Assembly (NCBI GenBank): GCA_964620055.1
Contig: CAZUGW010000004.1
Span: 1-29,807 of the forward strand
Direction: 5' to 3'
Length of the DNA stretch: 29,807 bases
Source: an uncultured bacterium
GTDB taxonomy: Bacteria; Armatimonadota; Hebobacteria; Hebobacterales; Hebobacteraceae
Shown here: positions 7,556 through 16,248 of the stretch, piece by piece
How the letters are laid out: the number at the start of each line of letters is the position of its first letter
Position numbering within the stretch: position 1 is the stretch's first letter
Notes under the pieces: model-generated
Told to the model about the DNA's origin: nothing
What the model saw: the letters and a program-made list of their open reading frames with translations, nothing else
Databases searched by the model: none
Translations under genes and position numbers: made by a program

Positions 7556-7825
7556 TCACGAGATCCGGTATATCTTATCTCCCGGGTGCACCTTCTGGGG
7601 CACGGCGATGCCCACCGAGTCGCCGGGATTGGCCTCGGCCACGTCCCCGTGCTCGATCTGCATCGAGTCCACGGTCATCACGAAGTCCTCGGAGTGACCC
7701 TTGATATGGAGCTTGTCGCCGACGTGCAATCGGTCTTTCAACTCCACCGCCATCACCCCGAGGTGGCCGTAGTAGTGAGACACCAGGCCGACCTCTGTCT
7801 CCTGCGGTACGTTCGCGGTCATCAT
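7556..7825 (-). CDS. Small beta-barrel 'translation elongation factor-like' protein (EF-Tu domain II / peptidase U32 C-terminal-like)
   Basis: EVGLVSHYYGHLGVMAVELKDRLHVGDKLHIKGHSEDFVMTVDSMQIEHGDVAEANPGDSVGIAVPQKVHPGDKIY; RBS GAGGTGA before ATG. Confidence 0.8.
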   Translation of the reverse strand: MMTANVPQETEVGLVSHYYGHLGVMAVELKDRLHVGDKLHIKGHSEDFVMTVDSMQIEHGDVAEANPGDSVGIAVPQKVHPGDKIYRIS

Positions 7826-7899
7826 ACTCACCTCTGTCCGTGATCTCCTCTATGTACAGTACAGCCGAGATGGGGCAGGTAGTGTCGAGGAGACAAGAC

Positions 7900-8130
7900 A
7901 TGGGCGGACGGCACGAGCAACTGGTCGCGGCGTGGGGGATCACCTTCGCCATCATGGTCTGGAGCTACGCCTGGACGCTGGTGGCCTTGTGGAAGGCCGC
8001 GCGGCGGGGGCAGACGGGCTGGTATCTCGCGCTCGCCATCCTCACCTTCCCTGGGCTGCTGCAGATGCTCTACGTATTCTTCGTCGCGCCGCGGTATCCG
8101 GAGGTCGGGGAGGAAGCGGACTTCACGTGA
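7900..8130 (+). CDS. Small membrane protein, DUF5652-like, 76 aa
   Basis: WSYAWTLVALWKAARRGQTGWYLALAILTFPGLLQMLYVFF; GAGGAG upstream of ATG 7900. Confidence 0.7.
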   Translation: MGGRHEQLVAAWGITFAIMVWSYAWTLVALWKAARRGQTGWYLALAILTFPGLLQMLYVFFVAPRYPEVGEEADFT

Positions 8131-8288
8131 CGGCGCGCCCGCCGACGGGGGCGCGCGGGGCGTAGAAGCACGCGGGCGGATGTGGAATATGACTTCGACA
8201 AAGACACGTGCCAGACACCCCGGCCCGAGGAGACTCGGGGCCGGTGCGTTGATTTTGCCGGGCGACGGCCGCGTGATGGGAGCGTAAG

Positions 8289-8942
8289 GTGTTGGGAGTG
8301 CTAAGGGTACTAGCGCAGGGCGGGCTGGTGATGGCGCCGTTGGCCGTCTGCTCGATCCTGGCGCTGACGGTGATCATCGAGCGCTATGTGGCGCTCCGCG
8401 GCGCGGAGCGCGGCGGGGCGGAATTGATCGCGCTGATCCGCCTCGCCCTCCAGAGGGGCGAGGGCCTGGAGGCCCTCAAGCGGTGCGAAAAGGCGAGCGA
8501 GCCGGTGGCGAACGTGCTCGCCGCGGGGCTGCGCGCCTATCTCTTGGGCTCCCCGGTGCGCCAGGCGATGGAGGAGCAGGCTCTGGCCGAGCAGCCGGGG
8601 CTGAACCGGCGATTGGCCGTGCTGGATACGACGGTCACCCTGGCACCGCTGCTCGGACTGCTGGGAACGGTGCTCGGAATGATTTCCGCTTTCCGCATCA
8701 TCTCGGTGAGCGGCACGAGCCACCCGGCAGGGATCACCGGGGGCGTGGCCGAGGCGCTGGTTGCCACCGCCACGGGCCTGGGGATCGCGATCTTCAGCCT
8801 GGTCGGGTACAACTGGTGCCGCGACAAGCTGAGGCGGATCACGGAGGAGATCGAACTGCGGGCGACGCAGCTCGAGAATCTGGTCTCTGTCGGCGCGGAG
8901 CGCGCCGTGCCGGAGCGGGAGGAGATCCCCGTTGCGTCTTAA
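8289..8942 (+). CDS. exbB: MotA/TolQ/ExbB proton channel protein
   Basis: GGLVMAPLAVCSILALTVIIER; LDTTVTLAPLLGLLGTVLGMISAF; GGVAEALVATATGLGIAI. Confidence 0.93.
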   Translation: MLGVLRVLAQGGLVMAPLAVCSILALTVIIERYVALRGAERGGAELIALIRLALQRGEGLEALKRCEKASEPVANVLAAGLRAYLLGSPVRQAMEEQALAEQPGLNRRLAVLDTTVTLAPLLGLLGTVLGMISAFRIISVSGTSHPAGITGGVAEALVATATGLGIAIFSLVGYNWCRDKLRRITEEIELRATQLENLVSVGAERAVPEREEIPVAS

Positions 8943-9378
8943 GCGCCGCCCCGTCGAGAAGGCGCGGATCGAGTTGATCCCCATGATAGATACCATGGCC
9001 TTTCTGCTGGTGTTCTTCATGATCGCGTCGCTGGCGATGACGCAGCAGATGGGCCTGACGGTGAGCCTGCCGCGCGCCGGGGCGGCGACGCCGCAGACCT
9101 CCGCGGATCGGATGCTGGTGGTCACGATGGACCGGCAGGGGCAGCTCTTTCTGAACAAACAGACGATTCACCTGGGCGCGCTGGAGCCGGCGCTGCGAGA
9201 ACGGCTGCGCGCGCGACCGGAACTCATCGTGGTCGTGAACGCGGATGAGAATCTGAGGCACGGCGCGGTGGTGCGGGTGATGGACGCGATCCGGCGGGCG
9301 GGCGCCCAGCGGATGTCCATCGCGACGAAGCGGCCCGCGGGGGACGGAGTTGGGCCCGATGAGGCACAGCGGAAGTGA
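8932..9378 (+). CDS. exbD: Biopolymer transport protein ExbD/TolR
   Basis: IELIPMIDTMAFLLVFFMI (TM Asp), VSLPRA, VVNADENLRHGAVVRVMDAIRRAG; overlaps the exbB stop. Confidence 0.93.
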   Translation: MRLKRRPVEKARIELIPMIDTMAFLLVFFMIASLAMTQQMGLTVSLPRAGAATPQTSADRMLVVTMDRQGQLFLNKQTIHLGALEPALRERLRARPELIVVVNADENLRHGAVVRVMDAIRRAGAQRMSIATKRPAGDGVGPDEAQRK

Positions 9379-10276
9379 GAACCGGTTGAAGTGGGCGCTG
9401 GCGGCGGCGCTGCTGCTGCACGGGGCGGCGCTGGCGGCGGCCGCACACCTGCCGCTTCCCAACACGAGGAACGACAGCCTGGAGGCAATCCAGGTCTTCG
9501 ATACCGCGGCCTCCCTGACCGCCACTCCCGTCACCCTGGTGGATCTTCCGTCCTCACCTCCATTTCCGAGTAAAACACGGAACAATATCACGAGTGCGCC
9601 CGCCACGATCGCGGCCCCGAGCGCCACCCGCCTCCCGACGGTCCAACCACTCCCGCGCGCGACGCCCACTGGCACACATGCGACTTCGCGACCGAAACCG
9701 ACCAGGTTGGCGGCGCGACCTGATACAGGCGTGCCGCCCGGCGGGGGAGGCGGAGGTTCGCTCGACCTCGGTTCTCCGAGTCCCAACGGCACGGTGGCTC
9801 TGCCGGCGGCCGGGGGGGAGGGCGCAGAACTGGGCCGCGTCCCTGGGCAGGGCACGGGCGTCGGATCAGGTGACGGGTCGGGCCGCGGCAGCGGCTCGGG
9901 GTCGGGAGCCGGCGAGGGGGAAGGAGCGGGAGTCGGAAGTGGGCGAGGCGGCGGGGGCGGGACGGCCGAGGCCGCGCCGCCGGGGTTCGTCTCGCGGTTG
10001 GCGGATCGGGCCGAGCCGGAGGTGATTCGGAAGGGCCGGCTCGTCTATCCCGAGGCGGCGATTCGCGACGGGGCGGAGGGGGTCTGCGTGCTGAAAGTGC
10101 TGGTCAGCGAGACCGGCGAAGTCGTGGAAACGGAGGTGACCAAGTCGAGCGGGGACCGGCGGCTGGATAAGGCGGCCCTGGAGTTCGTGCGGCAGTGGCG
10201 CTATCGCCCGGCCGTCCAGGATGGCAAGCCTCGCCGCGTCTACACCCGCGCGACAGTGCAATTCGAACTCAACTGA
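9359..10276 (+). CDS. tonB: Energy transducer TonB with a Pro/Thr-rich and Gly/Ser-rich linker
   Basis: N-terminal TM with SHLS-like LLLHG, low-complexity linker, C-terminal LVYPEAAIRDGAEGVCVLKVLVSETGEV...SSGDRRLDKAALEFVRQWRYRPA. Start ATG 9359 or TTG 9350. Confidence 0.92.
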   Translation: MRHSGSENRLKWALAAALLLHGAALAAAAHLPLPNTRNDSLEAIQVFDTAASLTATPVTLVDLPSSPPFPSKTRNNITSAPATIAAPSATRLPTVQPLPRATPTGTHATSRPKPTRLAARPDTGVPPGGGGGGSLDLGSPSPNGTVALPAAGGEGAELGRVPGQGTGVGSGDGSGRGSGSGSGAGEGEGAGVGSGRGGGGGTAEAAPPGFVSRLADRAEPEVIRKGRLVYPEAAIRDGAEGVCVLKVLVSETGEVVETEVTKSSGDRRLDKAALEFVRQWRYRPAVQDGKPRRVYTRATVQFELN

Positions 10277-10390
10277 AGAGATCTGACCGGGAGTCAGGCC
10301 CGTCTCCAGGCGACAGGAGCGGACGCGGCTCTCGGGGTGCCTTAACTGGGACGAGTTGGCATACCTGAGAATCTTGAAGGAGCGGTTATT

Positions 10391-12991
10391 TTGAGGGCAA
10401 CCCAGTGCAGCACAGTCGTAGGATTCATCGTCGCAATCTTACTTACGCTCACGGCCCTATCAGCCTGGGGCGCGGTGACAGGGATCGTGTCCGGGACCGT
10501 CTCGGACGCGAACACCGGAGCGGCGTTGTCGGGGGCGAACCTCGTCCTCTCCGGCTCCGGCCTCACCACGGTCAGTGACGCCGTCGGGAAGTTCACCATC
10601 ACGAACGTCCCGCCCGGCCAGTACACCGTCTGCGTCAGCCTCATCGGGTACACCGACCTGAACATCACCGGCGTCACAGTGAATCAGGGCGAGGAGACCC
10701 GGCTCGAGGCCCGGCTTCAGCCCGCCCTGGTGGAAGCGGCGGGAGCGGTGGAGAAGGTCACCGCGCCGCGGGTGACGCTGCGACAAGACCTGATCTCGCC
10801 GGTCTACGTGGTCTCGTCCGCGGATGAGTACCAGACGCTCTCGCAGCCGAACGACCGGTATCAGTTCCCGGGACTGGTGATTGCGCAGCCCGGCGTCGTG
10901 CCCGACAACACGTTCTACCCGCATATCCGCGGCGCCCGCGCCAACCAGGTGGGCTACTTCCTCGACGGCATTCCCATCACCGAGCCGGACACCAACGTGT
11001 TTGCCACGAACATCGTCTCCATCGGCCTGGACCGCCTGGAGCTGTTCATCGGCGGCTATCCCATCGAGTACGGCGGGTACACCGGCGGCATCATCAACGA
11101 GGTGGTGAAGCGCGGTGACCAGATGGACGGAGGCGTCGTGGACGTCGGCTTCGGCACTCCCTACGACTTCGGCGGGATGATCCTGGAGAAGGGCGAGGTG
11201 GATCACCGCGCCGATTGGTACTACGGACTCTACAACTGGCACAGCAGGTTCAACGAGAACCTCTTCACCTCCGAGGCCCCGACGGTCTCGGACGGCATCG
11301 CCAAGGTGATCTACGATTGCGGCGAACGGGACAAGGTGACGCTGTTCACGCACCACGGCTACTCCCGATATCTCTTCCCGTTCGAGCGCATGTTCACGTT
11401 CAACCCGGACCTGGGGGAGTGGGAGTTCGTGGACCCGAGCGACGACTTCGGCCGCCAGGGGTATGACGTTGACTCACTCTCCCTCAACCACACCCTCAGC
11501 CCGGAGGCGTTCTGGAACCTGCGCTTTTCCCGCGTCACGCACTTTCTGGACCTTGACCTGGGCGACCCGGGGAACCTGTTCTGGCAGCAGCGCAACGAGC
11601 GGATGTCCGTCGGGCAGTTCGACTACCAGCGCCAGATGGGCGCCCACCGCATCTCCGCGGGTCTGTGGCAGATCAACAGCGACAACAACTCGCGCTACAG
11701 TGTGTTCGGCACTCAGTTCAGCCCGTTCGGGTTGCTGGATTCGATCTCGAACAACGACACCGGCAACACGCAGGCCTACCTGGGAGACAAGTGGCAGGTC
11801 ACTGACAGGTTACTGCTCGCGGCCGGCGCGCGGCGGGATGCGATGACCTATGACCGCGAGGTCGCGGGGAGCACCACTCTCGCGGAGACCACCGCCCGCG
11901 GGGGCGCGACGTACGTGCTGACACCTCGGCTGATGCTGCGCGGGTCGCTGGGCACGTATGTGGGTTTCCCGAGGGCCAACTTGATCGCCTCCAGATTCGT
12001 CCCCCACCTCACGGAGAACCCTGACTTCGAGGACTGGGGCCTGACCTGGGACATGCTGTTCTTCCCTAGCTTCCCGCTGCGGCCGCAGATTGACCGCGAG
12101 CGAGAGCTGGGCCTGGAGTGGAAGGCCGGCAGCAATACGTTGGTAACCGCCACCGCGTTCCGCCGCAAGAGCAGCCAGATGATGCAGCGGTGGCAGGGCG
12201 TGCTGCACGACGCGAACGGCGACTGGGTTCTGGACGCGAACGGCAACCCCATCCCGTCGTTCGCGCTCTCCGACTTCGACCCAGATGCACCCATCTGGTT
12301 CGCCGCCAATGGGACAGGGACGGCGCGCGGCGAGGAACTGCAGATTGACCGCAAGTTGAGTGACGGCACGCGGGCCTGGCTCTCGTACACGCACCTGGAG
12401 GCCAAGGCGACGAGTCCGCAAGATAACCTCTATCCGTCCGGGTACGGCTTTCTCAATCAGACGGACTCCGCGTCTCTGGCGCAGGAATTCCCCGTGGACT
12501 GGAATCAGGAGAACACCGCAGTCCTCGCCGTTCATCACCAGTTTGGCAAACTGGCGGTGAACCCGTGGGCGATCTATGGCAGCGGCTTCCCCTACGGGCA
12601 GAGCGGTCTGGATGTGGGCGGCAGCGACCCGGCGCACGTGCCCAACCCGGACTTCAACCCGGACGACCCGAGCAGCCCGGAGGAGCTCGTGATCCCGCAG
12701 AACTACGTTGACCCGAGCGACCCCTCCAAGGGGTTCATCTCCCCCAACTCGCTGATGACGGGGAGCAACTTCACCCTGAACCTGAACTTCTGGTACGACC
12801 TGGGGCCGGGTCGGCAGGTGTACTTCCAGATCTTCAATGCCACCGGTCGCGACGACGTGACCAGCTATGTGATCTATCACCCGCGAACCGGGGGGCTGAT
12901 GGGCGACGTCGCGGGGGAGGCGATCTTCTACGTGCCGTTCTCCCGCACGCCGCCGCGGTTCTTCGCGTTCGGGGTGCGGCAAGAGTTCTGA
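10391..12991 (+). CDS. TonB-dependent outer membrane receptor with an N-terminal carboxypeptidase-regulatory-like domain, 866 aa
   Basis: Signal peptide, GIVSGTVSDANTGAALSGANL...GKFTITNVPPGQYTV, plug motif HIRGARANQVGYFLDGIPI, barrel ending FFAFGVRQEF (terminal Phe); follows exbBD-tonB. Confidence 0.9.
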   Translation: MRATQCSTVVGFIVAILLTLTALSAWGAVTGIVSGTVSDANTGAALSGANLVLSGSGLTTVSDAVGKFTITNVPPGQYTVCVSLIGYTDLNITGVTVNQGEETRLEARLQPALVEAAGAVEKVTAPRVTLRQDLISPVYVVSSADEYQTLSQPNDRYQFPGLVIAQPGVVPDNTFYPHIRGARANQVGYFLDGIPITEPDTNVFATNIVSIGLDRLELFIGGYPIEYGGYTGGIINEVVKRGDQMDGGVVDVGFGTPYDFGGMILEKGEVDHRADWYYGLYNWHSRFNENLFTSEAPTVSDGIAKVIYDCGERDKVTLFTHHGYSRYLFPFERMFTFNPDLGEWEFVDPSDDFGRQGYDVDSLSLNHTLSPEAFWNLRFSRVTHFLDLDLGDPGNLFWQQRNERMSVGQFDYQRQMGAHRISAGLWQINSDNNSRYSVFGTQFSPFGLLDSISNNDTGNTQAYLGDKWQVTDRLLLAAGARRDAMTYDREVAGSTTLAETTARGGATYVLTPRLMLRGSLGTYVGFPRANLIASRFVPHLTENPDFEDWGLTWDMLFFPSFPLRPQIDRERELGLEWKAGSNTLVTATAFRRKSSQMMQRWQGVLHDANGDWVLDANGNPIPSFALSDFDPDAPIWFAANGTGTARGEELQIDRKLSDGTRAWLSYTHLEAKATSPQDNLYPSGYGFLNQTDSASLAQEFPVDWNQENTAVLAVHHQFGKLAVNPWAIYGSGFPYGQSGLDVGGSDPAHVPNPDFNPDDPSSPEELVIPQNYVDPSDPSKGFISPNSLMTGSNFTLNLNFWYDLGPGRQVYFQIFNATGRDDVTSYVIYHPRTGGLMGDVAGEAIFYVPFSRTPPRFFAFGVRQEF

Positions 12992-12997
12992 GGGGAG

Positions 12998-13020
12998 AAG
13001 TAAAAAGGCAAAAGGCAAAA
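12998..13020. repeat. AAAAGGC heptamer repeat, exact 23-nt reverse complement of 6747-6769
   Basis: aagtaaaaaggcaaaaggcaaaa. Confidence 0.7.
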
Positions 13021-13036
13021 CAGAGAAGCGAACATA

Positions 13037-13072
13037 CGAGAGGGACCCGCGGGGCGGGTCCCTCTCGGTTTC
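13037..13072. terminator. Probable bidirectional intrinsic terminator (copy 1 of a duplicated 33-bp hairpin)
   Basis: 14-bp stem cgagagggacccgc/gcgggtccctctcg, then gttt; lies between convergent genes. Confidence 0.7.
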
Positions 13073-13117
13073 TGTCAGAGGGCTACAGCGCACAGCGGGA
13101 TCGCGGGACTACCAGAG

Positions 13118-13146
13118 GGCTTCGGCACTCCCGTGCCGAAGTAATC
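13118..13146 (+). repeat. REP-like palindrome GGCTTCGGCACTYCCGTGCCGAAGYAATC, copy 1
   Basis: 9-bp stem cttcggcac/gtgccgaag; near-identical copies at 14712-14740 (inverted) and 14768-14796. Confidence 0.8.
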
Positions 13147-13259
13147 CTAACTCTTGTACCGAAGCAATCAGCTGAGACCCCCTTCAGTACACGTATGCCG
13201 GAGTCAGTCGCGCTACCGCCAGAGAAGGGGTTGGTGTACCGATGGCGGCACGACTTGCG

Positions 13260-14027
13260 TCAGGCCGACGGCATGTGAACGCCAGCAGCAGGCGACTTGG
13301 CGGTCACCAGAATCACCTCAAACGGGCTATTCGCGCCCGGGGTCACCACCCGCGCGCTCTGCACTCGGAAGCCTGCGCCGGTGAGCAGGGAGACGTGCTG
13401 CCTGACTTCGCGGAAGGCCGTCGGCGTGGACGGACGCACGACCTCAATGGCGCGCCCCTCCACCTCGTATGTGTCCTTCACGGGGTCATCTGGGTCGGAT
13501 CTGCTGGTGCGCTCGCGCCACCAGGCTACTCGCTCGGCCTCCCACGGGCACCACGCCTCCGCGTCGTCGGCCGGAACGAGTTCCTGAAGGTACATGAGGC
13601 CGCCGGGCTTGAGCGCCCGGAAGACGCGGGACAGGTATTGCCGGGCGTCTTCGTCACTCTTGATCAGATGAAGGCAGCCAAGATCAACGGCGATTTCGGC
13701 CGATGCGGATGCCACAGCATCCAACTCGCAGACATCGGCGAGCTCGAACGCGATGCACGGGAACCGCTCACCATGCAGCGCCCGCGCCTTCGCGATCACG
13801 GACGGAGACGAGTCGAGAGCGAGCACGTCATAGCCAAGCTCCGCCGCGAGTGCGGCGGCGCGCCCTTCCCCACACCCCAGATCGACGAGGCGGCCGCGCG
13901 CCGGCTGCTCCCGTAGGAATCGCTCGTAGGGCCCAAAGTCGCCTGTGGTCTTGGTCACAGGAACTCCGGCCGCGTAAGCCACGCGGTACCGTTCCTCATA
14001 ATGCTGGTGCTCAGGGCGGATCTTCAT
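13260..14027 (-). CDS. Class I SAM-dependent methyltransferase, 255 aa
   Basis: Motif I RLVDLGCGEGR, DVLALDSSP, FELADVCEL, IAVDLGCLHLI, RALKPGGLMYL. Confidence 0.9.
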   Translation of the reverse strand: MKIRPEHQHYEERYRVAYAAGVPVTKTTGDFGPYERFLREQPARGRLVDLGCGEGRAAALAAELGYDVLALDSSPSVIAKARALHGERFPCIAFELADVCELDAVASASAEIAVDLGCLHLIKSDEDARQYLSRVFRALKPGGLMYLQELVPADDAEAWCPWEAERVAWWRERTSRSDPDDPVKDTYEVEGRAIEVVRPSTPTAFREVRQHVSLLTGAGFRVQSARVVTPGANSPFEVILVTAKSPAAGVHMPSA

Positions 14028-14066
14028 GGACGGCTATCCTGTCTGCCCACTGTGTTGACCTCGCCA

Positions 14067-14648
14067 CTACGCAAGGAACTCAGATAGGTCTGTGGTGCCG
14101 CGGCCGAGTACGGCCTCGTATATGTGCATCGCCGCCAGCGAGCGCCCGTACTTCGGTTCACGGCAGAGGACCTCCTTGAGCGCCAGGATACAGGACCGCG
14201 CCTCCTCCGTCATCGCACTCCTCCACGCGGCGCGCAAGGCGCGAGTCGGGGCGAACTCCTGGGCCCTCGCTGTCCAGAGGTCGAGGTTCCAGACACTTGG
14301 GTCTCCGGGCTTGGCCAGTCCTTCCCGCGCTGGGTCCACGACCCGCACCTCCCAGTACAGCCCGTAGTCAAGAAAGCCCTCTTTGTAGACATCGCTGCAT
14401 CGGAGGCGGACGCACCAGCCAGTCCCGGCCAACTGCGTGCCCACCTCCCAGTGCCGGGCCCAGTTCGGTTCCTCCGCGCGCTCGAAATCCAGGTCCCGCC
14501 GCGTCATGGTACGCATGGCATACGAGCCCACGACGACGTAGCCAGCACCTGCGAGGATCGCGCCGAGGCCCGATGCGGCGAGCATGGCGTCGGCCTCTGC
14601 GCGCAGGGAAGCTTCGGCAGCGAACAACCGCGATGTGTCTGGGTGCAT
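14067..14648 (-). CDS. Hypothetical protein with a nucleotidyltransferase-like GS-x-DxD motif, 193 aa
   Basis: VVGSYAMRTMTRRDLDF, later WNLDLW (third acidic residue), and a helical C-terminus; AGGAGG upstream. Confidence 0.6.
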   Translation of the reverse strand: MHPDTSRLFAAEASLRAEADAMLAASGLGAILAGAGYVVVGSYAMRTMTRRDLDFERAEEPNWARHWEVGTQLAGTGWCVRLRCSDVYKEGFLDYGLYWEVRVVDPAREGLAKPGDPSVWNLDLWTARAQEFAPTRALRAAWRSAMTEEARSCILALKEVLCREPKYGRSLAAMHIYEAVLGRGTTDLSEFLA

Positions 14649-14711
14649 GTGGAGCAGACCTCCTGGGCTTTTTCAGGTTATGTCCCATCGCCATTTGACA
14701 GCCGCAGGTTG

Positions 14712-14796
14712 GATTGCTTCGGCACGGAAGTGCCGAAGCCTCTTGCCTATCGCCAGGTAGACTCCCCGGCTTCGGCACTTCCGTGCCGAAGTAATC
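14712..14796. repeat. Inverted doublet of the same REP-like palindrome (copies 2 and 3)
   Basis: gattgcttcggcacggaagtgccgaagcc (14712-14740) and ggcttcggcacttccgtgccgaagtaatc (14768-14796) differ at 1 nt when oriented alike. Confidence 0.8.
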
Positions 14797-14805
14797 TCAC
14801 GAGCA

Positions 14806-14838
14806 AGAGGGACCCGCGGGGCGGGTCCCTCTCGGTTT
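14806..14838. terminator. Copy 2 of the 33-bp hairpin; probable terminator for the minus-strand gene ending at 14870
   Basis: agagggacccgcggggcgggtccctctcggttt is identical to 13039-13071. Confidence 0.7.
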
Positions 14839-14869
14839 GCGTAAGGCCACTGCGGACCGTTAGGTGTCG

Positions 14870-16168
14870 CTACGGGGCGTTGGGCGTCGCGCCGGGCCGA
14901 GGTAGCCCTCCGGGGCGCGGCGGGCGCTGCGGCCTCATGGGTCCGGCGGCGCCTCCCGGCGGGGCGGGGCGCGTGGTCGGCGTCGGGAGGTTGGTGACAG
15001 TCCCGGGCGGCGCTTTCGGCGCCTCGAACGAGGGTTTCGCCGCGGTCAGGCGCACCGAGCCGTCGAGATAGAGCACCAGAATCCCGCCCGGGTGCCAGGC
15101 CGACTCGGGCCAGCTCTGACCCGTGTCCGCGGCGTTGCGGGCGTGCAGCGTGGACTCGTAGAGCACCGGGACCATGGTGGGATTGGCGATGTCCCGGCGG
15201 CGCTTGCCGGCCAGGTTGCGGTTCATGGCGTAGCTCACCCCCGCCTTGGGATCGGCGGGGCAATGCAGATGCGCGGGCTGCGGCAGGTACATCGTGATCT
15301 GGTCCAGCCAGCGCCCGGGATCCGGCAGCATGTCGTCAGAGGACGCGGCGTAGAGTTGAATGGCCGAGGAGAGCTGGCGGAGCTGCTCCTCACACGCTTG
15401 GCGGTTGGCCTGGGCCGCGGCTTCCTTCAGCGGTTCCGGCGAGGAGAGGTCAACCTGGGCGAGGGGCCGGGAGAAATCCACCGCCCAGCCGGGGCCGGAG
15501 CGGGTGGCGCGCAGCACCAGGTTGGCGGGCACCTCCGCCGCCACGACGACGTCGGCCCTGGCCTGATCGCCGTCCACGCGCAGAGCGCGGTAGTCCTTTG
15601 CCTGGGGGGACATCATGGCGCGCAGCAGGGGCAGGCCCCCGGAGGGGGCGCGCCCGGCCCGGGACTGGCCGGAGAGCGCGTCATCCCGCACCGCGTCGAG
15701 GAAAAGCTGGCCGGCTTCCTTACTGTTCATCTCGTCGGTGGCGGCGATATCCACCCGCCACCCGCCCGCTTCCTTCACCACCACGACGTGCTGAGTCACC
15801 TGGACGTTTCCCTTGACCTCCAGGTAGGCCTCGCCGGGCTTGACCAGGACTTCGGTGATGCTCGGGGCCTCGGGAGCGGTGGCCAGCGCCCGCAGGACAG
15901 TGGTCGCGGGCGGCTTGAGCGCGGGCTGGCGCTGCTCGAACGCGGTCTGCCACTGCACCGCGTCCGTGCTCTCCCGAGACTTCGTGGAGAGCAACTGCCA
16001 GGCGCGCTGGGTGTTGCCGAGGGCCAGCGCATTGGCGTAGGCGACCGCCGCGTCGCCGGGCCCGGCAGCGGCCTCACTCGGTGACGCCGCGGCCTGGCCC
16101 GCCACGGGGACCAAGGTGATCGCCAACGCGCAGGCGATGAGGAAAGTTACGACCTTTCTGTACATCAT
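14870..16168 (-). CDS. Exported protein with NTF2/DUF4878-like N-terminal repeats and a C-terminal DUF1559-like H-X9-DG domain
   Basis: Sec-type signal MMYRKVVTFLIACALAITLVPVAGQA; two ...GGWRVD / GPGWAVD repeats; CEEQLRQLSSAIQLYA...HCPADP..VSYAMN...WHPGGILVLYLDGSV (H-x9-DG); AGGAGG before ATG 16168. Confidence 0.75.
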   Translation of the reverse strand: MMYRKVVTFLIACALAITLVPVAGQAAASPSEAAAGPGDAAVAYANALALGNTQRAWQLLSTKSRESTDAVQWQTAFEQRQPALKPPATTVLRALATAPEAPSITEVLVKPGEAYLEVKGNVQVTQHVVVVKEAGGWRVDIAATDEMNSKEAGQLFLDAVRDDALSGQSRAGRAPSGGLPLLRAMMSPQAKDYRALRVDGDQARADVVVAAEVPANLVLRATRSGPGWAVDFSRPLAQVDLSSPEPLKEAAAQANRQACEEQLRQLSSAIQLYAASSDDMLPDPGRWLDQITMYLPQPAHLHCPADPKAGVSYAMNRNLAGKRRRDIANPTMVPVLYESTLHARNAADTGQSWPESAWHPGGILVLYLDGSVRLTAAKPSFEAPKAPPGTVTNLPTPTTRPAPPGGAAGPMRPQRPPRPGGLPRPGATPNAP

Positions 16169-16248
16169 TCGCACCTCCTGAGGTACTTGCGATTGCCCGA
16201 TCCAGATAGCTATGACTTAGACACGCCACCGGCGTGGATGTTTCGGCG

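Noticed and set aside
8296-8304. GAGTGCTAA half of a CIRCE element at the exbB start
   Set aside because: The matching TTAGCACTC arm is absent 9 nt upstream, and the site is within coding sequence
11810-13093. 427-aa minus-strand ORF, and the many other overlapping 60-360 aa ORFs in the track
   Set aside because: They overlap real genes in alternative frames and have Arg/Pro/Gly-rich composition typical of non-coding frames
13118-14838. Repeated palindromes as a CRISPR array
   Set aside because: Only three copies, irregular spacing, mixed orientation, whole genes between them and no cas genes
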